This document shows positions 30,158 to 39,776 of a DNA stretch of 64,000 bases, piece by piece. The translations under genes and the position numbers were made by a program. This DNA is from Alphaproteobacteria bacterium. Lineage in GTDB: Bacteria; Pseudomonadota; Alphaproteobacteria; UBA7887. A model generated the notes under the pieces. The model had not been told where the DNA came from. It worked only from the letters and a program-made list of their open reading frames with translations, and did no database searches. Numbering within the stretch: position 1 is the stretch's first letter; each line of letters begins with the position of its first letter. The stretch is taken from NCBI GenBank assembly GCA_965216755.1, contig CBDCGL010000011.1, positions 1,248,001-1,312,000 of the forward strand. Reading direction: 5' to 3'.

Positions 30158-31108
30158 GTGATGATGACAATACGACCACCGGCCGCAACAAGAGTCCTGG
30201 CCGCCCTCGCCGCCCTTCTCGCCCCACCATGTCTCGTGGCGCAAGGCGAAGATGGCGAACCCGCCAACGCACTCGCTCGAGTTGGCGAAACTTTCCGAGA
30301 TTGCCCGGCTTGTCCCGAAATGGTTGTTGTGCCAGCCGGACAATTCATGATGGGCGCGCCGGCGGATGAGCCCGGTCGGACGGATCCCGAGGGCCCTGTT
30401 CATCGCGTTTTCATCCGCCAGCCCTTCGCCGTCGGCGCCTTTGAGGTAACGGTGGCCGAGTGGCGCGCTTGCGTCGCGGATGACGGCTGTCCGGAGGTTG
30501 AAGCAATCGGATCGCAAACGGATTGCGAGACGTGCCCGGTCACCGGTGTCAATTGGCATGACGCGCAGTCTTACCTGGTGTGGTTGAGGCAGAAGACCAA
30601 GGCGCCATACCGACTGCTCACCGAAGCACAGTGGGAATATGCAGCACGCGCCTCGACTGATACGGCGCGGTATTGGGGCGCCAGCACGAATGGCGCTTGC
30701 CAACACGAAAACCTATTTAACATCTCGGGCGTGCAAACCGGTGGCGGTGCGAATAATCAGGACAGTTGTGATGATGGATTCGCCCAGGCCGCGCCCGTCG
30801 GCTCTTTCAGTACCAATGGTTTTGGCCTCCATGACATGCTCGGCAACGTCTCGGAATGGGTCGAGGACTGTTGGTTCGAGGGCTACGCCGGTGCGCCTGT
30901 TGATGGCAATGCGCGCACGAGGTCACTCAGAACCAGCCGCCCGGAACCCTATACGCCATGGCCAGAGGGGGATTGCAGCCTTCGTGTCAATCGAGGCGGC
31001 ACCTGGCTAACGCCGGCCGACCAAGCCCGTTCCGCGAGTCGGGTCGGAAAAGATGCACGGACACGCGCGCCAGCGCTGGGATTCCGAGTCGCGAGAATTC
31101 TGCGATAG
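30158..31108 (+). CDS. FGE-sulfatase (SUMF1/EgtB/PvdO) domain exported protein
   Basis: CPEMVVVPAG, FEVT, YRLLTEAQWEYAARA, NGFGLHDMLGNVSEW, RGGTW, GFRVAR; lacks the FGE catalytic Cys pair. Confidence 0.88.
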   Translation: MMMTIRPPAATRVLAALAALLAPPCLVAQGEDGEPANALARVGETFRDCPACPEMVVVPAGQFMMGAPADEPGRTDPEGPVHRVFIRQPFAVGAFEVTVAEWRACVADDGCPEVEAIGSQTDCETCPVTGVNWHDAQSYLVWLRQKTKAPYRLLTEAQWEYAARASTDTARYWGASTNGACQHENLFNISGVQTGGGANNQDSCDDGFAQAAPVGSFSTNGFGLHDMLGNVSEWVEDCWFEGYAGAPVDGNARTRSLRTSRPEPYTPWPEGDCSLRVNRGGTWLTPADQARSASRVGKDARTRAPALGFRVARILR

Positions 31109-31416
31109 TACAAACAGTGCAATACGCCCTGCGGCCCATGACTTAGTTTCGGCCGAAATCCGCTCCGATAGAACGGTTCCGCGTGGTCGCAGGGAACGTG
31201 TGCGGGTGCCCCATAGACACGGACCGCATTAGTTGAGAGGATATGTTTGCTTGGCATTGCCACAAAAATGCGCCGGGCGAACGCGAGGTACGAAATTTTC
31301 TTGGGGGTGGAGGTTCGATTACCCTCAAGAGTGAGACTTGGGGCTGCAAGAATAGCGGCCCCCTTTTTGAGGCTTGCCAATCGAGTACAATGATTGGTGG
31401 CAGATATTTGGCGGTG

Positions 31417-31971
31417 ATGAACAAAACGAGCACATTGAGACCGGCGGCGAACGCGATTAAAACTCTCTATGGTGAGACCAATCGCCGATCGCTGTTGGTC
31501 GGTGTAGCAGCAGCCGGTATCGCCTACGCCGCCACTGGCAGGGCCCTTGCCCAACACGCGGCATCCGACGGCCCTCGGGCAGGCTTGGACAAAGATGAAC
31601 TTGAGCGTAGCCGGCTCGAAGCTGAATCAATAATACAGCGGATCGTCGGTGATCGGCCACTTCGTGAAGGCCTCGTCCACGCCACGGTGCCAGATATCGC
31701 CGAAGATGGTAGCGCCGTCCCGGTGTCATTTGCGATCGAAAGCGCGATGACCGAGGGCGATTATCCAAAGACCGTCCATATTGTTGGTACGCTCAATCCA
31801 TTTCCCGAACTCGCGAGATTCCATTTCACACCGGCATGCGGCGCTGCCGAGGTCACTTTTCGCTGCCGTATGCGGACATCGTCAAACCTTGTCATCATCG
31901 CCGATATGGCTGACGGCAGCGTCGGCCAATGGTCGCAGTGGGTGACTGTTACAGTCGGCGCTTGTGCCTAA
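31417..31971 (+). CDS. soxY: SoxY-like sulfur carrier (variant C-terminus)
   Basis: Tat NRRSLL; PDIAEDGSAVPV, NPFPE, R.RM, ends VTVTVGACA. Confidence 0.8.
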   Translation: MNKTSTLRPAANAIKTLYGETNRRSLLVGVAAAGIAYAATGRALAQHAASDGPRAGLDKDELERSRLEAESIIQRIVGDRPLREGLVHATVPDIAEDGSAVPVSFAIESAMTEGDYPKTVHIVGTLNPFPELARFHFTPACGAAEVTFRCRMRTSSNLVIIADMADGSVGQWSQWVTVTVGACA

Positions 31972-31982
31972 CGGAAAAAGCG

Positions 31983-32330
31983 ATGCCAGATCAGCAACAA
32001 AGGCGACGCCTGAAAGTACCGGAGCAAGCACGACGCGGCGAGCTTTTTACAGTCAAGTGTTTGGCTGAACATGATATGGAGACCGGCATACGCGTCGATC
32101 AAAGCACCGGTGCCATCGTGCCTCGTATGATCATCCGTCGCGTGGAATGTCGATACAATGATGAGCTTGTTTTCTTTGCGGACTGGTTCCAAGGCGTGTC
32201 GGCCAATCCATATTTGACGTTCAAATTGCGGGCTACCGATTCGGGGCCGATCGAAGTGCGATGGATCGACGACGCAGATCACACGACGACCGCGATCGCA
32301 ACGATCGAAGTCGTTGACGACACAGGATAA
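31983..32330 (+). CDS. soxZ: SoxZ-like protein
   Basis: HDMETGIR.D..G.IVP, GVSANPYLTF, WIDD. Confidence 0.85.
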   Translation: MPDQQQRRRLKVPEQARRGELFTVKCLAEHDMETGIRVDQSTGAIVPRMIIRRVECRYNDELVFFADWFQGVSANPYLTFKLRATDSGPIEVRWIDDADHTTTAIATIEVVDDTG

Positions 32331-32399
32331 ATCGCCAGTTGGCCTGTGCTTGTGAGATGTGCACACGGTGAATTGATCGCGCACTCTTGGACCGACTTG

Positions 32400-32414
32400 T
32401 GGCACAATGCATGC
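32400..32414 (+). promoter_or_regulatory. Possible sigma-54 -24/-12 promoter
   Basis: TGGCACAATGCATGC fits TGGCAC-N7-GC spacing (GG-N10-GC). Confidence 0.35.
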
Positions 32415-32457
32415 GTATTGCGCATCGTATCGGGCGACATAGCGTTGGGGCGATGAC

Positions 32458-32943
32458 TTGGTTTCGGCCGGCCTGTCGCGACTCCCGCCCGAGATCGTTG
32501 GAGGTTTGGACTTGCTTTGCGGCAAGAGTGTAGTGGCATTCTTCGCTTTGTTGGGCGCCAGTGTATCCGCGGCGCCGACAATAGCTGACACGATTGACAC
32601 GTTCACGGTTTCGGGCCGTGGCTTCACCAGGCCGATCGCCATTCAAGACGCAGCTGAGGCGGCAATAGAGAAAGTGCTCCGCCGTTACGTGCCACCGGCG
32701 GAGTTCGACGCAAATCTTGATGTCATCGAAGATCAAATCTTGGTGAAGCACGACAGGTACCTGACGTCTTTTCGCATCCTTGACGAAGCAAAAGCAGACG
32801 ATGGCGCTACCGAAATCACGGCTGAAGCTTCTGTGAATATTGGAAAATTCGTGACGTCATTGCGAAATCTCAACATCGCTACCCGTTTAATTAGTCCCGG
32901 CCCGAACCAAGCGGTCGAGGGTCGTCGCCGCGTCGATCGGTAG
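32458..32943 (+). CDS. Hypothetical exported protein (resembles FlgT N-terminal/LPP20-like fold)
   Basis: Signal-like VVAFFALLGASVSA; AIQDAAEAAIE..V, IEDQIL...YLTSFRIL; start uncertain. Confidence 0.4.
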   Translation: MVSAGLSRLPPEIVGGLDLLCGKSVVAFFALLGASVSAAPTIADTIDTFTVSGRGFTRPIAIQDAAEAAIEKVLRRYVPPAEFDANLDVIEDQILVKHDRYLTSFRILDEAKADDGATEITAEASVNIGKFVTSLRNLNIATRLISPGPNQAVEGRRRVDR

Positions 32944-33133
32944 GGACGAAACGGCCCGCGGCCAAAGCTATGCCAGGGACGCGCGAGACCGCCGAAAAAC
33001 GTTCATCTTCGAGGTTGTCGCCAGTATTGCGGGTCGTGTGCCGCATTCAGGGGCCATGGCCAATCAATTGCGCACCACCTGGCCCGCCCGATCTTTGCCT
33101 CGGTTAGATCGGTGATCAAACCGTGCATAAAGT

Positions 33134-33152
33134 GCAAATGAGAAACATTATC
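33134..33152 (+). promoter_or_regulatory. Fur-box-like site
   Basis: GCAAATGAGAAACATTATC matches GATAATGATAATCATTATC at 15/19. Confidence 0.4.
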
Positions 33153-33535
33153 AACTCATCGGATTTGGTGCGTACTGCAAATTGCTTTGCCGTCCACAGT
33201 TAGTGTATGGTTTTGACTGGATTGGAGTTCGACATTGTGGGTCGTTCGCATCGAGCGGCAGCATAGAGCGTCCTTAGAAGGCGTGCTGACCAAACGTTGC
33301 GAGTAATGGCGCGCTGATATCAGTGGCGACAAAGGGGTAAATGTGGGCCGAGTGCCTCGAAGCGAAGAAGATTGTTTCAGCAAAATGCTTGGAGACGGCA
33401 GTGGCATCCATATGTCTGTGGATCGGCTCTACTTTGCGTTGACGGTTAAGACTTCCAGGGCTACTCCCCGCGGCCACGACATATGCAGCGAGTGACGTGT
33501 GATAGCATTTTTGAATAACCTGGGAGGTTAACGTC

Positions 33536-33988
33536 ATGACAACACTAACCGTAAACGGCCAAAGCCATACGGTGGAGGTCGCTCCCGATACCCCACTCTT
33601 GTGGGTGCTCAGGGAGCAGATGGGCCTAACCGGCACCAAGTATGGCTGCGGCATCGGCGAATGCGGAGCCTGCAACGTTCACATGAACGGTGAATTGATC
33701 AAGTCTTGCCAAACGTCGATCGGCAAGGCATCGGGCGCCGACATTACGACCATCGAAGGCTTGGGAGCGGACGGACTTCACCCGGTCCAACAAGCATTCA
33801 TCGATGAAAATGTCACCCAGTGCGGCTATTGCATTCCTGGGCAAATCATGACCATCGCGATGATGCTGGATAGCAATCCGGAGCCGACCGATCACGAAAT
33901 CGATGTCGCACTAAAAGAAAACTATTGCCGGTGCGGGGCATACACACGCATCCGGAAAGCGGTTCACCGAGCCGCATCCTCCGCTTGA
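33536..33988 (+). CDS. (2Fe-2S) subunit of isoquinoline 1-oxidoreductase-like molybdoenzyme (IorA-like)
   Basis: LTGTKYGCGIGECGAC, QCGYCIPG, NYCRCGAY. Confidence 0.92.
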   Translation: MTTLTVNGQSHTVEVAPDTPLLWVLREQMGLTGTKYGCGIGECGACNVHMNGELIKSCQTSIGKASGADITTIEGLGADGLHPVQQAFIDENVTQCGYCIPGQIMTIAMMLDSNPEPTDHEIDVALKENYCRCGAYTRIRKAVHRAASSA

Positions 33989-34004
33989 CCGATAGGAGGC
34001 AGAG

Positions 34005-36254
34005 ATGAGTGAAAAAATGGAAGTTACACGCAGAGATTTTATTGCAACAAGCGTCGCCGCGACTGGCGGCTTGATGATCGGCCTGCACCTGCCTTCGCTT
34101 GGCGGCCGATTAGCCAGGGCCGCGACCAACGGCAATGAGCTGAATGCATGGGTCCATATCGGGACCGACAATACGATCACCATCCGTGCCAGCCAAACTG
34201 AGCTGGGACAGGGCCCGACCATGGGCAACCTGATGATGCTCGCCGAAGAAATGGAGTGTAACTGGGACGACGTCACGTACGAGTTCGCGACCGGTCGTGA
34301 GGAGTACGTGAATCCGTTGGTCGGTCTTCAGTTGACCGGCGGCAGCACCGCGACTCCAGGCTTCTGGGATGTCATGCGCAAGGCGGGCGCCCAAACGCGT
34401 CACATGCTGGTCCAAGCGGCGGCAAAAATGTGGGATGTCGACCCCGCAGATTGCACGGCGAAAAACAGCAAGGTGACCTATAAGGGTCCCGGACCCGAGG
34501 GTAGTGGTATCGAAAAAGAGGCCACATTCGGCGAACTGGCCGAACTGGCTGCCCAAGAAACGCCACCGGAGGATCCGGCCCTCAAGTCCCCCGACGAGTT
34601 CCACTTGATCGGTACCGCCGTGAATCGACTGGACAACAAGGTCAAGGTCACCGGCGAGGCCATGTTCGGTATCGACCACGAAGTCGAAGGGATGGTCATC
34701 GGGGCAATTCGACATGCGCCGCTTGGCGGCAAGATTGCGAGCTACGACGAAGCCGCGGCCAAAGCGATGCCGGGTGTTCACGATGTTGTCGTGGTCGGCG
34801 CGGAAGAGCCCGCGATCTTCCTCGAAAACAATGTGCCAGCCTTGATCGTGACGGCCGATACCTACTGGCAAGCCGAGCAAGGCATGAAAGCCGCAAACCC
34901 GCAATGGGATTATGGTGAGTTTGCCGACCTCGACAGCGAACAGATGTCCAAAGCGTTCCATGACGGCTTGGAAGAAGAGGGCAAGCTGGGGCGTGCGGAT
35001 GGTGACGTCGACGCCGCGCTGGCATCGGCTGACACTGTCATAGAGGAAGTCTACGAAGTACCGTATATCAGCCATTCACCGCTGGAACCGCAAAACTGTT
35101 TGGCGGATTTCCGGGGTGATTCCTTGGAGATCTGGGCCTCGACCCAGGATCCGGGGGCTGGTTATGCGGTTGCCGAGATGATCACCGGACTGCCGCAAGA
35201 CAAGATCAAGATCCACATGACCTTTACCGGCGGTGGATTCGGACGTCGTGTCGAAGTCGATGCCTTAGAGCAGGCCGTCGAAGCGTCATTCCGCTTGAAG
35301 AAACCGGTCAAGTTGATCTGGTCTCGCGAAGAAGACATGCAGAACAATTTGAACCGACCGGGTTACGCCGCCAAGATGACGGCGGGCCTGGACGCGGACG
35401 GCAACCCAGTCGCATGGCGGCACAAGATTTCCGGTCCGGGAATCTGGTTGTCGCCGTACCGCTCATCGCGGTTGAAGAATCTGTTCGCCGGTTCCGACTT
35501 CATGAACGGCATGCAGGAAAGCGGAGTCGATTTCCATACGGCGCAAGGTGCGAAAGACATCGGCTACGACTTCGCCAACCTCGAAGTCGAGGTCGTGGAG
35601 AAGGACTTCCCGGTTCCGATCGTCTTCTTCCGCGCCGTCGGCAATACCCAAAACGCGTTCTTTATCGAGAGCTTTATTGACGAGATCGCGCATGCAGCGG
35701 GGCAAGATCCGTTCGAGCTTCGTCGCAAGCTGCTCGCCAAGGAACCGCGCATGCTTGCTGTGCTTGAGCTGGTCGCTGAGAAGGCCGGCTGGGGTGAGCC
35801 ACTTGAGAAAGGGCGTTTCCGCGGCATCGCCTTCCACAACAGCTTCGATTCACCATTTGCTGACGTCGTCGAGATTTCAGTCAGAGGTGGGCGGCGTGTT
35901 ACGATCCATCGTGTCGTCCGGGCAATCGACAACGGTCTTATCGTGAACCCGGATCAATGGGACGCTCAAATGCAGGCCGGTGTCGTTTGGGGCATTGGGC
36001 ATGCTGCGTTGAGCGAGCACACCTTCAAGGGCGCGAAGATGGTGCAAAGCAACTTCAACACGTACAAGTTGCCGCGCATTTCGCAGATGCCGGAATACGA
36101 AGCTCATGCGGTTCAGAATCAGAACGATCCGACAGGTATCGGCGAACCGGTGTTCATCAGCTTCACGCCGGCGCTGTGCAATGCGATCTTCGCCGCGACA
36201 GGCAAGCGGATTCGTTCACTGCCGCTGAAGAATCATGGCATTAGCCTGACGTAA
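34005..36254 (+). CDS. Molybdopterin-binding subunit, xanthine dehydrogenase family (IorB-like), Tat-exported
   Basis: TRRDFIA Tat; ELGQG, TGGST, GGGFGRR, WSREED, FRAVG, GIGEP. Confidence 0.92.
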   Translation: MSEKMEVTRRDFIATSVAATGGLMIGLHLPSLGGRLARAATNGNELNAWVHIGTDNTITIRASQTELGQGPTMGNLMMLAEEMECNWDDVTYEFATGREEYVNPLVGLQLTGGSTATPGFWDVMRKAGAQTRHMLVQAAAKMWDVDPADCTAKNSKVTYKGPGPEGSGIEKEATFGELAELAAQETPPEDPALKSPDEFHLIGTAVNRLDNKVKVTGEAMFGIDHEVEGMVIGAIRHAPLGGKIASYDEAAAKAMPGVHDVVVVGAEEPAIFLENNVPALIVTADTYWQAEQGMKAANPQWDYGEFADLDSEQMSKAFHDGLEEEGKLGRADGDVDAALASADTVIEEVYEVPYISHSPLEPQNCLADFRGDSLEIWASTQDPGAGYAVAEMITGLPQDKIKIHMTFTGGGFGRRVEVDALEQAVEASFRLKKPVKLIWSREEDMQNNLNRPGYAAKMTAGLDADGNPVAWRHKISGPGIWLSPYRSSRLKNLFAGSDFMNGMQESGVDFHTAQGAKDIGYDFANLEVEVVEKDFPVPIVFFRAVGNTQNAFFIESFIDEIAHAAGQDPFELRRKLLAKEPRMLAVLELVAEKAGWGEPLEKGRFRGIAFHNSFDSPFADVVEISVRGGRRVTIHRVVRAIDNGLIVNPDQWDAQMQAGVVWGIGHAALSEHTFKGAKMVQSNFNTYKLPRISQMPEYEAHAVQNQNDPTGIGEPVFISFTPALCNAIFAATGKRIRSLPLKNHGISLT

Positions 36255-36263
36255 AAGAATGAG

Positions 36264-36295
36264 GCACCGGGTTGGGACATTTTCCCGGCCCGGTG
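36264..36295 (+). terminator. Hairpin after the iorB-like gene
   Basis: CACCGGGTTGGGA..TCCCGGCCCGGTG stem. Confidence 0.4.
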
Positions 36296-36400
36296 ACCTT
36301 CGCGTTTGAAGAGCGCTCCGGCGGTCTAATGGGCCGCCGGATTTTTTCGGCCTTCGGCCAGCTCATATTGATCGACGTGGCAAGAGGAACCATAAGAACG

Positions 36401-36856
36401 ATGACGTTGAATTCCGGCTTTCGCACCCGACCAAAATGCCGCTCGGCGTCGGCCTATTCGCGGCCTGAAAAGTCTGGCGTCATTGTTGCTCTCATCGGAT
36501 GTGGTGTGGTCTTCGCGGTCATGGCGCAGACAGTTGTCAAAGCTGAATCGCCCAACATATTGGCCGGACAGCGGACATTCATGATTCATTGCGAAGCGTG
36601 CCACGGCCCCGGCGGCGTTGGTGGCGCCGGCCCCAACCTGACCGACAACGACACGCTTCACGGTGGCACATACGAAGACATATTGGAAGTTGTCACGAAC
36701 GGCGTTCGTGGAAAACCGATGAATGCTTGGGAAAACAAGCTTGGCTTGGACCGAGTCAAGAATGTGGCCGCCTACGTGTTCAGCCTCAAAGGGACGCGCC
36801 CGAAGAGCGAGAAGACCTATGACGGCACGGCCGGCACAAATTTGAACCTGATGTAG
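36401..36856 (+). CDS. Monoheme class I cytochrome c (CcoP-domain-like)
   Basis: Signal/TM segment; CEACHG..G.GG.GPNLTD; GKPMNAW (axial Met). Confidence 0.88.
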   Translation: MTLNSGFRTRPKCRSASAYSRPEKSGVIVALIGCGVVFAVMAQTVVKAESPNILAGQRTFMIHCEACHGPGGVGGAGPNLTDNDTLHGGTYEDILEVVTNGVRGKPMNAWENKLGLDRVKNVAAYVFSLKGTRPKSEKTYDGTAGTNLNLM

Positions 36857-36931
36857 CCAACCGCAAGTTATATTTGTTATCTCACTGTTCTTTAGTGTTC
36901 GACAAAATTATGAAAGACCACGTTGTATGCG

Positions 36932-37984
36932 TTAGTCATCAGGCGGCGACTGGTCAGCGTGCGGAATCTCGTAGACCCAGTAGCCGCCATAGTTGGCGAC
37001 CAATCGTAAAAAACTGAGGTCCTTTGGATTTGAGCTGCTGAACGGCAACATTTGGGCCAAGAGAGTTTCTTCGGTCATGCCATCTGTCAAAAAGTAGATT
37101 CGATTGGAGCGTCCACTCCGCCTGTCGATCGCATAGCTCTGATAGCCTTGTTCGCCAAGCCATGCATTTACTTGGCTGATCTCTGCATGCACATCGCCAC
37201 TGCGGACGAAATCGCGGTAGCCAATGCCGAACTTATCGGCCCGCAAAGCACCCAATTTGTATGCGTCGGCCAGACCAACAACGATATATGCGGGACGATT
37301 ACCGGCAAGCGCGCGCAGTGCCAGGGCACCCGTTTGCGGCGTTGCAAGCAGCGCATCGACGTAACTCGAAAACACCGGGTCAGCTTGCGACGGCACTTGC
37401 CAAAATTCTCTTTCCAAAGCCATGATCGCGTCGCTTTGGTCGCGCCATATCGGTGGCACGAGCACCGGCTGTGCCAGATTTCGATCGATGAGAACTTCGC
37501 TCTTCGTCAGAAATCTAAGCTGGCGCATCGTATCCCACCAGCCCAGAACAACCGCGGGGCTCGGAACATGTTCCCGAACGGCTTGGGCCAAGCGGCTGAG
37601 GTCGGACAGTGACTGAATCTCTGTCAGCAACGGCCGACCGGTAAGATTTTCCCAATTCAGCAGGATCGGTGGGCTATCGGGATCCGGTATTGCCGCGTGC
37701 GCGACGCCGATAATTGTGGCGTCTGCCTCAGCACGCACTTCGTACTTGCGGATCGACACCGCGTCGGGCACTGCCACGTCCAAGTCAAGGTGCGCAAATT
37801 CGGTGAGTGGCCCCTCGGCGACGAGTTCGTACCGGTATGGCGCATGGGCGGGTAAAAGTAAGGCGCACCCCGCCCAGTCGAACAACAGAAACCCGACCGC
37901 GATCAAACCGCCATAGACAAACGGAACAATCCGACTTTTGCCAACGCGTCGACGCCAAAGACTATGACGCCAAACGATCGCCAC
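36932..37984 (-). CDS. haoB: Hydroxylamine oxidation protein HaoB-like
   Basis: Directly downstream of haoA; N-terminal TM, VLGWWDTMRQL, LPFSSSNP, GGYWVYE; start uncertain. Confidence 0.75.
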   Translation of the reverse strand: MAIVWRHSLWRRRVGKSRIVPFVYGGLIAVGFLLFDWAGCALLLPAHAPYRYELVAEGPLTEFAHLDLDVAVPDAVSIRKYEVRAEADATIIGVAHAAIPDPDSPPILLNWENLTGRPLLTEIQSLSDLSRLAQAVREHVPSPAVVLGWWDTMRQLRFLTKSEVLIDRNLAQPVLVPPIWRDQSDAIMALEREFWQVPSQADPVFSSYVDALLATPQTGALALRALAGNRPAYIVVGLADAYKLGALRADKFGIGYRDFVRSGDVHAEISQVNAWLGEQGYQSYAIDRRSGRSNRIYFLTDGMTEETLLAQMLPFSSSNPKDLSFLRLVANYGGYWVYEIPHADQSPPDD

Positions 37985-39761
37985 CTCCAGGTTCAGTTGG
38001 CGAGCGGCGGCGACGGACCAAGCCAATGCCACCAATCACCATCATCGCGCCGCCGAGGCCAGCGATCGAAATTTTCTCAACATCACTCTCAAGCTCAAGA
38101 AATCCAAAACGCGTACGGCCTTCGATACTGGCAAGTTTCACACGCAAGCTCTCCATCTCACGCAATCGCGTGTCGGCATCGGCAATTCGCGCGTAGCATT
38201 CGACAAGCGGGCTCCACCCTTCGCTATACGCCCAACCACCGGGATTGGCGTGCGACAGCCCCTTGTACAATTTGTTGAGTTGATTCCCGCAGTTCCGAGC
38301 ATACTCGATCTCCGCGGCCGATGGGTTGTTACCGCTTGCGATAAATCCCTGAAAGAACTTGCCGGCGCCATCCTGTTCCGGGTCTGGCGGCGGCGGTCGA
38401 TTCGTTTGTTGCCCAACAAGCAGATTGTCCTCATATAATGCGTCAAGCACATGTTTGGCGTTCTGCTGCACTTTGAGACCGGAAATCGTTCCTTTATCGA
38501 CCATGTCCTGGTAGGCGCGGGCAAATGTTTCGGAGTGGCATTTGGTGCAGGTGGCAATCCATGCCTCCTTGCGAGTCTCGAACCAACTATCCCCTAGGTT
38601 ATCAGCGATCTCAGCGGTGGGACTAAAGGCCCAGCGCACCTTCCGCACGACATTATGGCCAAACTGACCCTTGAATTCGAAATGGCAACTGGCGCAGGTT
38701 GGCGCGGTCTGGCCACTCTTGGCAAACGCCTCATTCAGCGGCACTTCCCAATTCCATGAATCGCCAGATGTCTGGTAGATGATGCCGTGTTTCGACATCA
38801 TGTAGTTCTCAAACTCATTGTGCGCCGCGCCATTGTGACATGTCGCACACGCCTCAGGTTTGCGCGCTTCCGCCGCAGAGAAAAGATGGCGGGTATGGCA
38901 CGAATCGCATTTGTTCTGATTTGAGTGACAAGTCAAGCAACCTTCCGCGATCTCCCGCTCTGACATGGCGGCCCACATCGCCATTTCAACAATGGCATGA
39001 TAGTCAAGTGCGTGCGATGGTCGCCCGTTTGGCCACTGCCCCTGCGGCCAATTAAGAGTGTCACGTTCGGACTCACGCTCGGCGAACTCCTGCAAATGGC
39101 AGGTTCCACACACGGCGGCGTCGGGCAAACGCAAGTCTCGTTTATGATCGGCCTGTCCAAAACGCATGATTTCGACGTGGCAGTCCATGCAGGTGACGTC
39201 TGGAAGCCGTTGCTCTTCCTCCAGGTACCCCAGCATCACCAAGTTATTCTCGATTCGTTTGAGTTTCTCCTTCTTGTAATAGCGAGCGTCACTGGGCGGC
39301 AGATTCCGGATCTCGTTTAAATTGGCATGCGCGCTTTGCTTCCAGGCGATCACGTGTCCCGCCGTATCTTTTTCGTGGCATTCCACGCAGCCGGCGCGGT
39401 CGGACCCCTTCCCTTTTACGGGCGGTTCGTAAAACGAGTTGGGATTCAGATATCTGCTAAAAGGAATGGGATCCCAATAGTCGGCCTGGCTGCCCTCGCC
39501 GGCACCTTCCTCTTCATCGTGATAGCGCCATTCAAGAGCATCGAAGAGTTCTGCGGGGTCGCCCCCTTCTTCCAGCCCCAACGCGTCATACGTCTCGATC
39601 GGTATGTCCGCCCAAGTGCGCGACGCGATCGTCAGCGCCATGGCGATGCCGACGACATACGCGAACCAAAAGCGCTTTGGCCCCGTGTCAATCGTCAACA
39701 AGGGCGACGCTCGGTCGCACCACAGCGCGCGAAAACCTCTGGCAATCTCTTGCGACATCAT
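37962..39761 (-). CDS. haoA: Octaheme hydroxylamine oxidoreductase HaoA-like
   Basis: Eight CxxCH (CVECH, CMDCH, CGTCH, CLTCH, CDSCH, CATCH, CASCH, CTKCH); EFAERESERDT..WP.GRPSHALDY; NPGGWAYSEGW; signal peptide and C-terminal TM. Confidence 0.93.
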   Translation of the reverse strand: MMSQEIARGFRALWCDRASPLLTIDTGPKRFWFAYVVGIAMALTIASRTWADIPIETYDALGLEEGGDPAELFDALEWRYHDEEEGAGEGSQADYWDPIPFSRYLNPNSFYEPPVKGKGSDRAGCVECHEKDTAGHVIAWKQSAHANLNEIRNLPPSDARYYKKEKLKRIENNLVMLGYLEEEQRLPDVTCMDCHVEIMRFGQADHKRDLRLPDAAVCGTCHLQEFAERESERDTLNWPQGQWPNGRPSHALDYHAIVEMAMWAAMSEREIAEGCLTCHSNQNKCDSCHTRHLFSAAEARKPEACATCHNGAAHNEFENYMMSKHGIIYQTSGDSWNWEVPLNEAFAKSGQTAPTCASCHFEFKGQFGHNVVRKVRWAFSPTAEIADNLGDSWFETRKEAWIATCTKCHSETFARAYQDMVDKGTISGLKVQQNAKHVLDALYEDNLLVGQQTNRPPPPDPEQDGAGKFFQGFIASGNNPSAAEIEYARNCGNQLNKLYKGLSHANPGGWAYSEGWSPLVECYARIADADTRLREMESLRVKLASIEGRTRFGFLELESDVEKISIAGLGGAMMVIGGIGLVRRRRSPTEPGGGDRLAS

Positions 39762-39776
39762 GGGACGACTCCGCAC

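Noticed and set aside
33153-33535. Moco riboswitch upstream of iorAB
   Set aside because: No recognisable conserved motif by eye; an Rfam scan would be needed
36932-39761. Evidence that the host is an ammonia oxidiser or methanotroph
   Set aside because: No amo/pmo, cycA or cycB in the window; haoAB alone is insufficient
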